DNA from: Chiloscyllium plagiosum
Taxonomy: Eukaryota
DNA: 64,000 nt
Direction of reading: 5' to 3'
Assembly (NCBI RefSeq): GCF_004010195.1
Contig: NC_057711.1
Location: forward strand, 73,779,399 to 73,843,398
Positions 37,903 to 52,304 of the stretch are shown here, one piece after another. Position numbers and translations under genes: made by a program. Each line of letters begins with the position of its first letter. The stretch's first letter is position 1. A model generated the notes under the pieces. That model had not been told where the DNA came from. It did no database searches and worked only from the letters and a program-made list of their open reading frames with translations.

Positions 37903-39214
37903 TAGATTTTGAAAAGTCTTCTTTTGGCAATGGGAGGGAACATTTTAATTTAGCACTTTGAACTGCCAGTTGACTTTTTAAATGGTATTGTTATACTACA
38001 AGTTCCTGATCATTATCAGCGTTGAACAAAATTAAACCACATTGCTGACTTTTAAATAATAGTGAAGCATCAATGGGCCATCAGCTCAATGCCAGCGTAA
38101 AACTATTTTAAAATAAGATTAAGAATATCTAGAGAAACAAATGCCTTGGGGTTGTTAAAAATAAGTTTTCTTTGCAGCATTTGTGGTTGTAGCACAGCTG
38201 ATATGAGAGCAAAGGATTAATGTTTTCCACACATTCTTCCCAGGCTTCAGTTATTTACTCCACTGAGTACCATGTGGTTGCATTAATGTAACAAACTGTA
38301 AAAGTATAACTGAACAATAAGCCTAAAATTGCAGAGATATTAAACATTCTGGATCCAAGGAAACTTAATGTCTACTGCTCACTGTTGGAAGTCCAATACA
38401 TGTGTGCGCAGCTCAATGTATATTGTAAATCAGATGCAAATCTCTTCAATGGACACCTCCTATTCTTAGCCAATGACTTGTTTATCAAGCTGCTAAAGAT
38501 ACAAAAGATTTGAAAACCATTTTTCAATAAGACACAACTTACTGACAAGTCTCACTGCCAATGGAATTAACTATAGACTGAGTTTCTAGTCTCTAGTACT
38601 TTAAATACCTCAGTTGTCAGGGTAGTGGGAGAAGTACAATTTCTGATGGGTGGCATTCCAAATCAGCGAGGTTTTAAAATGCACTAATGTGTAATTTTGA
38701 TACGTATGGAATTGGATACCTCTGTGATGCCTCTTGAATGTGATTAGTCCTACTAATTTTTACCATTTATGCTCATGTATGAAAAAAAGCTCATTTCCAC
38801 TGGCGTTAATATTTGTGCTTATGATTCCATACATTGGCAAGAAATCAATGTCATGGCATATTAGATGTGAAGGAAATGGTCAGCAGAAAAGGTCTGTAAT
38901 AAAGAATGATTTTAGGTGCACCTTGAGAATGACTTATTAGCAATTTATTTATAGTTGCCCATTAATATATTTAAATAGCTGTTGTTTCTAACACAGCTGT
39001 TCAAGGATTATTGAAGTTTAAGACCTGTACTGGGAGTAACAGACAAGATAATTTTGTTTCTGGTTCTGAAAAGTTTGAGATTAGAATAAATTGGCCAAAA
39101 ATAAACATTCTTCTAAGACATTCTCACAATATTAGAAAATTCCCACAGTGTTTATTTCAAGGGCAGATGAAAACATTAATTCAACACAATTAATAGACAT
39201 AAATATAACCTTAC

Positions 39215-39344
39215 CCACAGGGATGGTGCGTCCTTGGATTTTGTCAGCCCAGCCAGCATAGTAACGCAATGTTTTAATTGAGCCATCTAGGTCAACAAAG
39301 TACGCATGAAGGAAGAGTTTTCCAGAGTCAATAGATTCTATTGT
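39215..39344 (-). CDS. ALDH1A1: ALDH1A exon 4 ([43 protein letters not shown])
   Basis: Acceptor tttaag, donor gtaagg, 130 nt, YYAGWADKI motif, phase 1 end. Confidence 0.96.
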
Positions 39345-41144
39345 CTTAAATAAAAATAAAAAAATTGCCTGTCAGTTGTATTGGTTCTCAGGAACTACAG
39401 TTTAAACAAGCTTTACCTTGCCAATAATGCTTGGAGCTATCTTCAGTTGAAGTCTTCAGAATAATTAAACATAAAACAGGTGTAAAATCTTTCACTGTCT
39501 ACTACAATGACCTTCAATGTAATTGTACCACTTTGAGAATTCTGTGACACATTATTTTGTGGTTATCATACTTCAGGACCAAATCTCTTGAGTATCAGTT
39601 TTAAATAGCAGCAGTGCAATAGATAATTAAGATACCATAACCCCAATCTTTCCTGACATTAAAATTTGGCATCACAGTTACTCGCTAAAGTTCTGTAATC
39701 GTGGAACTTGTTTGTCTTTTTACTAGGCATATCAGATCCCAGAGTGAAACTTGCCTTGATAGATTATAAGATTAACTTTTGCAGATGGTTACCATGGCAG
39801 TTAATTGCTGAACATATTTACACAAACCTGCAAGTGTCTTTTTTAACAACAGAACACAAGTTTATTACAGAAGGGAAAAGATAAACAAATAAAGCTATCA
39901 TATTTTTAGATATATCAGTTTAGAAAGACCTTAACATAAATGTTTAACAAAGGTTCAACGTCAAATAAAAGCAAAATGCTGATGATGCTGGAGATCGATG
40001 AACTCAGAATACAGTCATATTGAACTCGAGCCATTAATTTTGTTCACAGATGCTGCCACAACTGTTGAGTTTCTCCAGCACCATCTCTTTTTATTTCAGT
40101 TTCAAATTATTTCCCGCAAGATCTCTTTGCTGACACTCAATCCCAGACAGATATCATTCCTATACCAACTCCTTCACAGTTTATTTAATTGGCTCATTCC
40201 AGTTCTCTTCCATAGACTGCTGAGACAGCTCTGCAACTCCTTACCAGTTCTGCTTGCCTGAACCTCTGTTCACTTCTGTAGCCTCGTTTTAACTTACAAA
40301 CTTTCATACAAACTGTCATAACTTAGAGACCGTACAAACCAAGACCCTTCCACTGAGCCAGCTGTCCTCCTGATTCTTTTGAACCTAAGGCGCAACTAAA
40401 CTAATGGCCCCAGCCTACTTTCTCTGTCGTCATAAAACTCAGTTGCATAGATATTTAATCGATTAACATCACAAGTATTCTGTGAAGCATTTGACTGCAT
40501 CACATGCTTTTTTTGACATATTTAAGTCACTGTTTCAAATTACTCTCAGACATTAGAACAAAACAAATTACATTCACATTGATTAATCATTCTTCATAGA
40601 TTGATTAGCTCAGTGAGTTAATGTATTTAAAACAGTAAAAAATCTACAAGTTATGAAGCAAATATTGGGACAGCTGCTATTTGTGGTGCACACCATTTGA
40701 AAATCCACAGCAAACTAACTGATAGGCAGATTGGCAACACTGTAGACAGACATGTGGAGTCCTGAAAGGTAAGCTTTCTTGAAGGCAAAGTATACTTATG
40801 GAAACCACCTCCTTTTCAAAAGAAAGTTTAATTATTTACATTAACAAGTGAGCTGATGAGTCTCTAAGCATACCAGTAATTCGCTGATACTTCCAGATCT
40901 CTTGAAGATGACTTTGTCTGGAGGTGCATCAATTTCCACAGTCAACAGTGATATTGCCTGTCATTCTTATTTGAATTGCCCATTTTTCTTTCACAGACTG
41001 CAGCTGCTGTTCCAGAACGGGCTTATCCTAATGCACTACAGCCAAGTTTTGTTTCAGATTAACCATTGATTGATTCCTTTCTCGAGCTGTTACAAGTTGT
41101 TCAGGTGTTCTTGACATTTAATCATTTGATTTTATTAAGATTTA

Positions 41145-41525
41145 TAGAGCCATAGTGTCAGAGATATACAGCATGGAAATAGATCCTTCGGTCCAACTCG
41201 CCCAAGCCGACCAGATACCCTAAATTAATCTAGTTTCATTTGCTAGCATTAGGCCCATATCCCTCTAAACCCTTCTTATTCGTATACTGATCTAAATAAC
41301 TTTTTAATGTTATAACAGTACCAACCTCCACTATTTCCTCTGGCAGCTCATTCTATACTCGTACCTCTGCATGAAAAATTGCATCTTAGCTCTCTTTTAA
41401 ATCTTTCCCCTCTCACCTTAAACTTATGCCCTGTAGTTTTGGACTCCCTTACCCAGGGGAAAAAAATTTGATTATTCATCCTGTCTATGCCCCTCGTGAT
41501 TTTATAAACTTCTATAATGTCATCA
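41145..41525 (-). mobile_element. CR1 3' end
   Basis: Same sequence family as 645-1098 and 5666-6010. Confidence 0.88.
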
Positions 41526-42199
41526 GCTCATTTTGAAAGCTTTGGTTTTAAACACAGGTTTCTTCAAAGTTTTTCAAAGTTTTAGCCTCCTGTTGGTTTT
41601 TCTTCATACCCTGCTCTAATAATTGTCCAACCTCTTCAATATTACCCTTTATGTTTTATTTGAAGCGTGGTCTTTCACGTGCTGTTTCAGTAGTTGTTGG
41701 GCTTTCTCTAAACCTTGCTTAAAATATTTGGCTAGAGCTTTATTGTTCATTATTATTTTCAATAGGTCTGTCTTGTGAATGACTTGTAGCTCCTTTTTGT
41801 TGCACTGTGCATTTCCATGTATTTCTGCAGGTCTGTCATTTACTCCAATATTGGTTTGAGTTCAGTCTAATCTGTCTGCAGCTGCTCCTGCAGAGTCTGA
41901 TAAGTTTTGCATGCAGGTTGCTCCAGATCTTCCTGTAAACTATCAAAGGTTTCATTGAATTGATGCTACAGAGCTTGTAATTTATTCTGCTCACTTTATT
42001 TCTCTTCAAGCTCTTCATTCATTATGGAAGCAGAGCAGAGGTATTCGCTAAAAATGTCATCTCAGGCATAATGGTCTCAAGTTTGGATTAATTCTGAGCT
42101 AGAAATTTAGCCTCTTTCTCTTTAACTTTAACTTTTTGTCCACAGCAGAGAGCTAGCGATTAGCAATTTATATTCAGAATAAAGTAGTGCTTCATTTTT

Positions 42200-43560
42200 T
42201 TCTTTCATATTCAGTTCCATAAGTATGTTACAGTTCTATTCGGTCTCTGAGGTTTGACGGATTATATGGATTGAGATTAGTGTGAGATTAGAGCATCTTG
42301 GTATACCTACAAGATAGTCTTTCTAGCTATTCTGTTCGGAAATGTATGATGCACCTCTGAGCAGGTGGGACTTAAACCTAGGCCTCTTGGTGCAGAGATA
42401 GGGACACTACCACACTCCCACAAGCACTCTGGTATCCCTCCAATTGCTGGCCCCACAATGTAGATGCCTAGGCAGATTGATTGTACTTGTACTCCTGCAG
42501 TATTGATTCTGCATGAGGAATTAATTAAATGTATATATTCACAGGTTTCGTTATGGCTTCCCATGTCTGTGAGTACGCATTTGTTTAGAATTCACAAGAC
42601 TAGTAAATTGGCAGTTGCCCTTAGCTGATAACAAATATTCATCAATTGCCTAACGACAGTTTGAATTTTTGCAAATATTTTGGAGAATGTGATGACATTG
42701 ATGTTTTCCACAAAATTGATAGTGTGAGACATGTGTCCATGAGTCTTTGTCTTATCATATACATTGTAAGATTCTCTTTTTGTTGATTACTTCATGTATT
42801 CTCCTCTGGCACAATACCAGGTGGACTTTATTGTAGCTTCAAAGTACTCCTTGAACATGGCCTGTTTGGGTCAGAGCAAAGCTCTTTGCAGCTACATTAA
42901 CCTTTGCTCTAGTCCCTCTGCCACTGACCTTTATTTGTGATATGATTTGCAAAATTGATTGAATGCTGGGGTTTTCCTTGATACATGCTGATGGCCACAT
43001 GTCTTGCCGTGTTTGGTGTTTTAGTGATTGTGTCAATCATTGAGATATATTTAAGACTTGTAAGTTTCATTGACCCACAAGTATCTATCTTTCAGTAACT
43101 CATGATGCTATAATATCAGTTTGTGTAGAAAATATTTCTGGAAGGCTTCCATAATTGTATATATGACAACCAACAAATCAATTTGCTCATCTGAAAAGTC
43201 ACATAATGAGTCCTTTTCTTTGCATCTGATCACAAAGTGGTCTATGGATTCTGACGGCTTTTGTCTATTTGCATAAACTCTGGTTAACAAATACAGAATT
43301 CTAATCTGACTCTTAATTGGTACCCTAAATATAGTCTTTATCTTTTGGAGGTCTTTTATTTCTTCAACTGTTTATCGTGCTTACTACATTTGTGGAGACC
43401 TTTGTTTCCAATTGCTCAGCAAATTTTAATGACATGCTTTTCCCCAATGGACACACATAGAGCTAGAAACCATAGCACTGAACACTTTTTTAAATACTTC
43501 TGTTGTGTCCCAATTTAATTCTTGGAAATTTTGGGAATATGCCTTTGGCTTTCCCTTGTT
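42200..43560 (-). mobile_element. Decayed Gypsy-type LTR retrotransposon gag/protease relic; limits approximate
   Basis: ORF 43108..43290 RQKPSESIDHFVIRCKEKDSLCDFS fits the gag major-homology pattern Q..gEsi..F..R......C.F; YIVGPAIGGIP resembles a retropepsin C-terminus. Confidence 0.55.
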
Positions 43561-43714
43561 TGCACACTCTGACCATTTTCCTTACTCAAATGAATGAAAC
43601 TTAACTCACAATAGGGACATGTCTACCTACCACCAAACTGGGGTTTCAACATACACTGATACTGTAATAAAGAAGTACATCAAGGGTAGTCTTGTTCATT
43701 GTAGCATGATTTTC

Positions 43715-44058
43715 TTTAATTATTCACAGAATGTGGGCCAGCATTTATTGCCCATCCTTCATTGTCCAGAAAGCTGTTGAAAGTCACCCGCATATCTGTG
43801 GATCTGACATCACACACAGGCCAGACCAGGTAAGGACAGCAGATTTCCTTCCCTAAGGCCATTAGTGAACCAGATAGGTTTCTCCCTACAATCGACAGTG
43901 GTTTCCTGGACCTCATTAGACATTTAATTCCATATTTTTATTGAATTCAAACTTCACCATCTGCCATGGTGGGATTCAAACTCAGGTCCCTAGAACATTC
44001 TCTGGGTCTCTGGATTAATAGTCTAGTGATAATACCACTAGGCCATCACCTCCCCTTG
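43715..44058 (-). mobile_element. SINE of a second family (tRNA-like head, conserved core, LINE-family-2-type tail)
   Basis: Core ggtaaggacagcagatttccttccctaaggccattagtgaacca; second copy at 60630-60975. Confidence 0.7.
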
Positions 44059-44129
44059 AAGAATGTTGACCATATATTGCCTACAGATTAACTAGCTTGC
44101 TGACTGTTCAAGTGTGGTAGAACATAATA

Positions 44130-44650
44130 AAAAGGAGCCTGTCCTACTATTCAGTAAGATTCTGATTAATCTGTTTGTGTTTTGGATTCCATACTCCCAT
44201 GTCCTCTTGAAAAGCTTTGATTCTCTTGCCGAAAAGAATTATTTAAGTCTGGTTTGCAAATACAAAATCATCCTGTGTTGTCATCTTCAGAGCCAGAGTT
44301 CAAAAATTTCACAAACCTTTGAGTGGAAAAGTTTCTCCTCATCTCTCTCCCAAAAAGGTGGCCATCAATTTTAAAACAATATCCCTTCATTCAAGAATCA
44401 CCCACAAAAAGAAATAATCTTTCTGTGTTCACTCTGTCAAGACCATTTAGCATCTTATACGTTCAATCAAATCACCGTCAGTCTTCTAAACTCCAGTGGA
44501 AACAAGCCCAGCATGTCCAACGTATTTACATAAGCCAATCTGCTGATTCCAGCTATCAATATAGTGAGCCTCCTCTGAAATGCCTTCAAAGTATTTACAT
44601 ATTTCCTTAAGTAAGGAGACCAAAACAGCACACAGTATTTGGTGCCATGG
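44130..44650 (-). mobile_element. Old CR1 3' fragment
   Basis: YCVLFWSPYLRK and LGLFPLEFRRL in ORF 44467..44688. Confidence 0.8.
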
Positions 44651-45049
44651 TAATGTCCTGAACTTGAAAATCTGAGTTTAGGATCCAACAGTTGTCGAAG
44701 TCTGTCATATTAGGTTTGAACTGATTGACTTTAAAAAAGATAGAATAATGAGAGTGAGCGGAAGACGTGCCTATTGATTTCCCACTATCACTTACGTTGT
44801 GTTTAAATATAATTATTGTTAAATTGTCAGTGGCCACTGTATGCTGAGACTTAGCTAATCTGCAACACCTACTCCTTTACAATTGTCAAGGTGGCCTGAC
44901 TTTTTTAATGGCCATGTCTAATAATTCTCCAAACAGAAACCAAAGAGTAGGTTAATGGCTGGTGTTCAGACTTGCAGAAAGTGGGCCACTTTTGTTCCCC
45001 AGGAACCTGCAGAAGCCTCCTTGGTTTTTTATTTTTACAAATATAGGAT

Positions 45050-45995
45050 AAATTGATAAGTTTCTGCATAAGAGATTAGCAACGTAACATTAAAGCACTT
45101 GGGATTGGGGATTGCATACTGACATGGATCAAGAACTGGCTGGCAGACAGGAAACAAACAGCAGGAATAAAGGGGTCTTTTTCCGAGTAACGAATGGGGT
45201 ACAGCAGTGGTCCAGGCTTGGCTTCTACCTATTTACAATATGTGTTAATGACTTAGATGAGGGAACTAAATGTAATATTTCCAAATTTGCAGATGGTACA
45301 AAGCTAGGTGGGAGGATGAACTTTGAGCAGGGTGCAGAAATGCCTTGATTTGGACCAGCTGAGTGGAAGATGAAATGTAAATGGATAAATGAGCAGTTAT
45401 CCACTTTAGCTGCAAGAACAGGAAGGCAGATTATTATCTGAATGCCAACAGTTTGGGAAAGGTAGAGGTGCAACATGACCTGGGTGTCCTTGTACATCAG
45501 TTGCCGGAAGTAAACATGCACGTGCAGCAGGCAGTGAAGAAGGCAAATAGTACGTTGGTCTTCATAGCAGGAGGATTAGAGTACAGGAGCAGGGGTGTCT
45601 TTCTGCAATTATACAGGGCCTTAGTGGGACCACACCTGGAGGAACATGTGTATTTCTGATGGAAATAAATTAGGCAGCAAGGCAAACCTCAAGAATTAGA
45701 GGAAAGAATTGATGCAGGACACAGGTTAAAAGAATAAGCAGATCCATAGCAGATTCAGTTTAATGAAGAGAAATGTGTGGTGACTCATTTTGGAAAATTA
45801 AGAGTGAAGTCAAGTATACCTTGATAGATAATATTTTAGCAAACAGTGCCGATTCATGAATAATTAAAGATGGAACTGAGATAGAAAAAGCCACTAAAAA
45901 GCAAATCCAATTATTGTTTTAACATAAGCCACGGAATACAAAGGAAAGTTGTGCTGAATTTGTACAGGACATGATTGAGGCCATAGTTAGAAAAT
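45050..45995 (+). mobile_element. CR1 RT fragments
   Basis: NDLDEGTKCNISKFADGTKLGG and QLYRALVGPHLE. Confidence 0.82.
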
Positions 45996-47059
45996 CATAC
46001 TGTATAGTAGAGTGGCAACAGTGACGGTGAGGCAGGGATATGGGTGTTGCTGCTTAATCCAGACATTGTATAGTGATGTATCTTCTTGAACCACGGCAAT
46101 CCATGAACAAAACAGACACTCACAATGCTATTAGGGAGGGAGTTCCACGATTTTGATCCAGTGACTCGGAACAAACAGCAATATGTTTCCAAGACAGGTT
46201 GGTGTGTGCATTGGAGTTGAACTTGCAGGTTGTGGTATTGCCATCAAGGGAAAAATATGTGTTAAAAGTAGAGTAAAAATGAAAGGTATATGTGGAAAAT
46301 CTTGAAAAAAAACTGTGATTTTAAGTGGAACATTTGTTTTACATTGGATCTTACAGATTTTTTCAAATCTATGAAATAGCTTGAAAGGATAAACTGGAGG
46401 AAGTTTTGCCCCACAACAGCAAGATATCATGGATTATAAATAACAATGGATATAGACTCTTTGGGTTTGATTTTAACTAGCCGATCATTATGCCCAAAAA
46501 CCCCATCTGCTCTACTGGCAGAGGCTGCACAATATAATATTATCACCAAGAATGGCAAAGTCTTGTGAAGCCTGCTGACTGGTGGTAGAAACGTGGTGCC
46601 TCTGATTTGCATAAACAATTTGAGTCACGGCAATCCAGTAAAAAGGACTCAGAGTGAAGCTATTGATCCTTCATCTGACAAATTTGCTGTGGAGGCCTCC
46701 AGGCTTGAGGGTCAGCAAAAAAAGCAAATCACCAACGCAAGGAAATCAGTTGCTTTTATATGGAAATCAATTAGCTGTGAAAGAAAACAGTCTTCCATGT
46801 CAGTTAGGTGAGAAGAAATGGCTGTTAATGTTTCAGTATATAGCAATCCACTAGTCCCTTCTGCAGGACAATCACAATGGTATAGCAGTATGAAAATGGG
46901 AGATCTGCCCAACCTTGGTCAGCCAGTTTAGGAGTGGAGGTTCTCAGCACCACTGTTTTGGCAGAGCCCACACACAGGTACTTTGGCTCAGAACATTATA
47001 ACAATGAATCCTTTCAGAAATTATCTTGGCTATTGTTTTGATCTTGCATAAAAACATTA

Positions 47060-47650
47060 GAAGTAGTAGCAGCAGCAGTTGGCCATTTGGTCCTTCAAGT
47101 CTGCTCTGATTATTGTAAGATTATGGCTGAGATCCTACCTCAGTTACACCTACCCTTTCTTAAAAAAAATCCTCAGTTCCCTTATTAACCAAAAATATAA
47201 CAACCCATGTTGTGAATATATTCACTGGCTAAGCATTCACAACTGTACTGGATGAAAAATTCCAAAAATCCACAATTCTTTGAGTGAAGAAATTTGTCCT
47301 CATTCTAGTTCTAAATGATAATCCCTTACTTTAAGACTGTGAGTGTCATTCAGTGGAAAAGCCAATATTTGCCCTGTTAACTCCTATAAGAATTTTATGT
47401 TTCAGTGAGATCATCTCTCATTCTTCTAAAGTTGGGAGAATGTAGGCTTTGTCTACTCAATCTCTTCACAAAGGACAATCCTTTTTCCCCATGAATCAAT
47501 CATTGATCTACTTCTTCTAACGTGAATGCATTCTTCCTTGGGGAAGGAAGGAACTGGTGTGGTCTCATGAAGGTCTTATGTAATTCAGTAAGACTTCATC
47601 AATTTTTATACTCCAATCTCTATGTATTAAAGGCTAGGATACAATTTAAT
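47060..47650 (-). mobile_element. Old CR1 3' fragment
   Basis: Reverse complement of CR1 3' coding and UTR motifs (gagatcatctctcattcttctaaa). Confidence 0.7.
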
Positions 47651-47776
47651 TCCTAATTTCTTACAGTATCTGAATTATTTGAAGGTAGCAACTTAGAAAA
47701 CAATTCCTGACCAAATTCTAGCTCATTGATTATTATTGCCTTGAAAAGTAATTGTGCCGACACAGATGCAAACATT

Positions 47777-48150
47777 CTGAGGGGTGATTGTTTAGAAGTT
47801 TATAAAATCGTGAGGGGCATGGATAGGTGGACAGCCAAGGTCATAGCCCCAGGGTAGGGGAGTCCAAAACTAGAGGGCATAGGTTTAAGGTGAGAGGGGA
47901 AAGATGTAAAAGGGATCTAAGGGGCAACTATTTCAAGCAAAGGGTGGTGCATGCTTGGAATGAACTGCCAGAGGGAGTGGTGGAGGCTGGTATAATTACA
48001 ACATATAAGAGACATCTGGGTGGGTATATGAATAGGAAGGGTTTTAGAGGGACATGGGCCAAATGCTGGCCTAAAATAATTTAGGATATCTGGTTGGTGT
48101 GCACGAGTTGGATCGAAGGGTCTATTTCCGTGCTCTATAACTCTATAACT
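47777..48150 (+). mobile_element. CR1 3' end
   Basis: RGHRFKVRGE...QRVVHAWNELP; ctctataactctataactc tail. Confidence 0.9.
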
Positions 48151-48456
48151 CAACGACTTATTTTGTTGACTGGAAGTAATAGCACCATGTAACAAAGTAC
48201 TGCTAATGTACAGGATAATTATTTAAATTGAATATTACAATTTTAAGAGACAGCTGCTGTTTTAGAGCATTTGTATCTATGTGTGCTCTTAAAATAATTC
48301 CACTAATTAAAAGAATAATGGGAATGCCCAACTAGAAGACTTGCTCTAGTTGTTTGTTATGTTTAAATTTGTAAGCAGCACTTTTAGTACACCGGTATAT
48401 CATTAATGTTGAAATCTTCCACATGTATCATCATGGAAATGTAAAGTATAACTCAC

Positions 48457-48597
48457 GCTTAATATAACACGATCCCGTTCCATCAAATCAGCAAGGTTAT
48501 GTAAAAGCCTCCCTCTTCCAGAAGCATCCATCCTGCGCCATGTCGATCCAATCTGAAAAGCTTCCCGAGCTGCTTTTACTGCTTTGTCAACATCCAC
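48457..48597 (-). CDS. ALDH1A1: ALDH1A exon 3 ([47 protein letters not shown])
   Basis: Acceptor tttaag, donor gtgagt, 141 nt; overlaps ORF 48403..48597. Confidence 0.96.
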
Positions 48598-51500
48598 CTT
48601 AAAGGTAACAATGCACAGTCACAGTGTGTCTTGTGAAAACTTAAAAGTGAAGGTTATGGCTGTTATAATTAGGCAACATTGTAATCTATTATAACGCAAC
48701 AGTTAAAATTAAAATGTTCTTCTGGATGCAACATGAAGATATTCAGCACATTACATATTAAAGCTGCAGGGAATGATTACAATATATGCAATGAGGCATT
48801 CATCTTTAGCTTTTCCATAGTTAAATGCAATATATTTTGGGGCACAGATTTATTTACAAAATGAAGAAAAACATCATTAAATGAATAGCAAGTAATTGAA
48901 GAAAGAATTAAAGCTAACATACTGAGAAAGAAATAGGCCCAGAAATTCATCCAATGTTTTAGTCACCAAAGAGCAAAGGCTCCTATATAGTAGGCAGCAA
49001 GTTCACATGGAGTTTGCAGGACACTGTCCACCAAATTGGCGAAGTTCAAAGGACTCGTAAATGCCTCTAATACAGATTATTTGTTCTGATGTCACCAGTC
49101 AGTATTGATGTTAGCTGCAGGCCGGAATACAGAGTTTATGTGCAGAGCTAAGAGATAGTTCTTAAAGAAACCACTCATTAAGCAGAAACCAATGGGATAA
49201 ATTTTTAAAATACATCTGAATGTGGATTCGCAGGGCTACCCTTCTTCCCCATTTGTAACACTTCCCATCCGACTGCGCATCCTGTGACTCAGTTGCACTC
49301 ACACCCTTCCTGTCTTACATAACTGAGAGCTGCTGCAACCATGGTTACTGTCACCATCTACATCTCACAGGCTCCACAGAAATTATGCCAACATTGGGGT
49401 ACTTCGGGCCTTATTGTAGGATTCTACTCTATGCCCCCCAGAGCATCCAAAATGAGATGGCACTTGTAATTCTAACTCATTGCTTTTGATGCTTATGAAC
49501 TTAACAACATTACATTCTTAAATAGAAGTGATTTGGCTTTGTCTTAAATCAAAAGGAACAAAATACAAAAAACAAAATCTCTTCTTCTATAACATCGAGA
49601 TTGACCATTCAACAGCTCATGTCGATTTCATTATTCAATTACATGCTACCTGATCTGTATAATAACCCTATCTCTCAGGTTGCCATATATATCCAAGAAA
49701 TGTCCTTTGTCATCTTTACCTGATTTGGTTTATGCATGACTCCAATTTTCCACCAAAGTGGCTAATGCATAACTACCCTCAGACCTGACCTAGCAAGACA
49801 TTTAGTTGTATTCAAATGGTCAAAGTAATCCAAGAAGACAGCTCACACTGCCTTTTCAGGATAACTAGCTTAGGCAATAAATTCACACTTGATAAATTAG
49901 GGATAAAGGGATTTAAATAGTTGTCTGTGAGGATTTTCTGTCTGCTTCCTGGTCAACTTATTAAAAAAGCTAGATCATAAGGTAAGAATAAACAACTTTA
50001 AAGGTAACAGGTGTCAAGACCTGTTTGTGAGAATGGTCTAAGACTTGAGAGCAGAAACAGTTTTCTTTCAGATGACATCTGATCAAATGTGCATTTCCAA
50101 CATTTTATGTTTTAATATTTTATATTTATGATAGTTAGGAAATGGACAGGAAACACAAAAAGGAATAGATAAAGAAAGAGAAAAAAAGGCTCCTTCTTCT
50201 GTTTGACTAAAACCAACAAAAATACAATCTCTGACCCAGTAATTAGTTATAGAAAAATGCACCTGTGGGAATAATAGCATTATTCATGGACTCTTCTGTA
50301 TATGGAAAATGAATGGCAGTGAAACAGAGCTCTACATGAGCTGTCAAAAAATGGATCAAGGTAATTCAATTATTGTTCATCTCGTAATTCCTGCCTGGTC
50401 AAATATCAGAGAAACCAAAATTAGTGGTAATTTAATCTTGAGTACGTGTATGCTTTTTATTCAACGTAAACAGAATTCTCCCTTTTAATTACAACAATTT
50501 AACTTATAGCCCTAAATTACACTTATCACTGCATGTTTGAAATTACTTCTCACAATTTTATCTTAGACATTTGAACAAAAGTAAACTAACAAATTGTTAA
50601 TGTTCTTAACTTGTTTAAGAAATAGCAGTGAGCTTTCTTTAAAATGTGAACTAAAATTTAATTCTTTTCTCTTATTTTGATTTAAGGTTTGTCCATTTCT
50701 TTAAATGTCTGATTGTTAGTACAATGTTGTCTTCCGAACAACCTTGTTCCAGGCTCCTATCAATGGCAAGTATCTCGAGGAGATATGTACGAGTTGTTTG
50801 GATGATATTGAATGCTTTTATTCTTTTCTTTGAACCAATCCAAAATGGCTCAGAAATTCATTCTGTGAGAACACATTAGATTCAAACTGCATCTTATCAT
50901 TGCACGATACTTTGTCTTGCATTATGAATGTGAAAATCCTGTAATATCAATTTAAGTAGGAAGGATAATGGTATCAGGAATGAAAGAACTTAGTATATTA
51001 TAGTAGTAAGCAATGTTTCTTGAATCTACAGTAGCAAAAATACATTAAATATAAAAGCCACTGAGCTCAAAACACATATGTGACTCCACTAAGAATGTTA
51101 GCCAATTTTGCATCTAGCATTTCTTGATGAGAGCTAAGAGCATTTTTAAAATTATCACTCAAAATGGGCAACTTGTACCACTCATGTTATTGAATGGAAG
51201 CATTAACTGTCAATATAGGCAGTCTAAGCCTTAAACAACATTGGTGTGTAAAATATCTCTTCTGATTCAAATATAGCTGTTTCTAATGGGAGCTACTGTC
51301 AATGGAACTGAACCCTACTCAAAATTCAGGTGGACATCAACTTACAAGTAAATTGGCACAATCTCTAGTCCTAACATTTTAGTCACTGCACAAAACTGAA
51401 TCATGTACAAACATGATGTTGTCATTTTGTTGCATTTTCTACTTGTCTCTAGTCAGCCTGAGAGTGTAAGCCTTTTTTAAAAAAAATACTACACTGGTAT

Positions 51501-52004
51501 TCACATGAAGATTACAAGAGAATCCTGGAATATTGATCCATAATGATAAACCAAAAACAATAAATGTCCATAATTAGGTGACGCAAAATTTGGAGGAGAA
51601 CTGACAATACTTGTGTTTCTAGGATTTTAGTGCTCTTCTCCTTCTTGGAAGTAATAGGATTGACAGGTATTGTTTCAGTAAGATTAGAGAATATCTGGAG
51701 TAATGCAAATTACAGTCACTGTATGCCAGTGTAATGGGTGAATATTCAACGTATTGAACGAGACAACAATCAATCAGATTGGTCTATTGTGAGCACATAG
51801 CATTCTGCTAAATGCAGAAGAATATTCCCTTACATTTCTATTGATTCCTATGGAGATTTGAGAGATCTTAGGGAGGGAAGTGTGCAGGAGGTGAGCAATT
51901 TGTCACAGTATGTCTAACTCTGCCTGCTCTTTGGTCACACTGTTAACATGACTAGTATAATTAAGCTTCTCATCATTGGTGCCCACCATGGGATGGTAAT
52001 CATG

Positions 52005-52304
52005 AGTGGCTCAGTGGTTAGCACTACTGCCTCACAGTGCCAGGGACCCAGGTTCAATTCCTGCCTCGGATAACTGTCTGTGTGGAGTTTGCACATTCTC
52101 CCCATGTCTGCATGGGTTTGCTCTGGTTTCCTCCCACAGTCCAAAGATGTGCAGGTCAGGTGAATTAGCCATGCTAAATTACCCATAGTGTTAGGTGCAT
52201 TAATCAGGGGTGGATGTAGAAGGGTGGATTGCTCTTCGGAGGGCCGGTGTGGACTTGTTGGGCCAAAGGGCCTGTTTCCACATTATAGGGAATCTAATCT
52301 AATC
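52005..52304 (+). mobile_element. tRNA-derived SINE (HE1/V-SINE-like)
   Basis: A-box tggctcagtgg, B-box ggttcaattcc, (ATCTA)n tail. Confidence 0.88.

Noticed and set aside
52005..52075. A-box/B-box sequence resembling a tRNA gene (also at 16806, 27830 and 31120)
   Set aside because: Each continues into a shared SINE body and tail, so these are SINE heads rather than tRNA genes.
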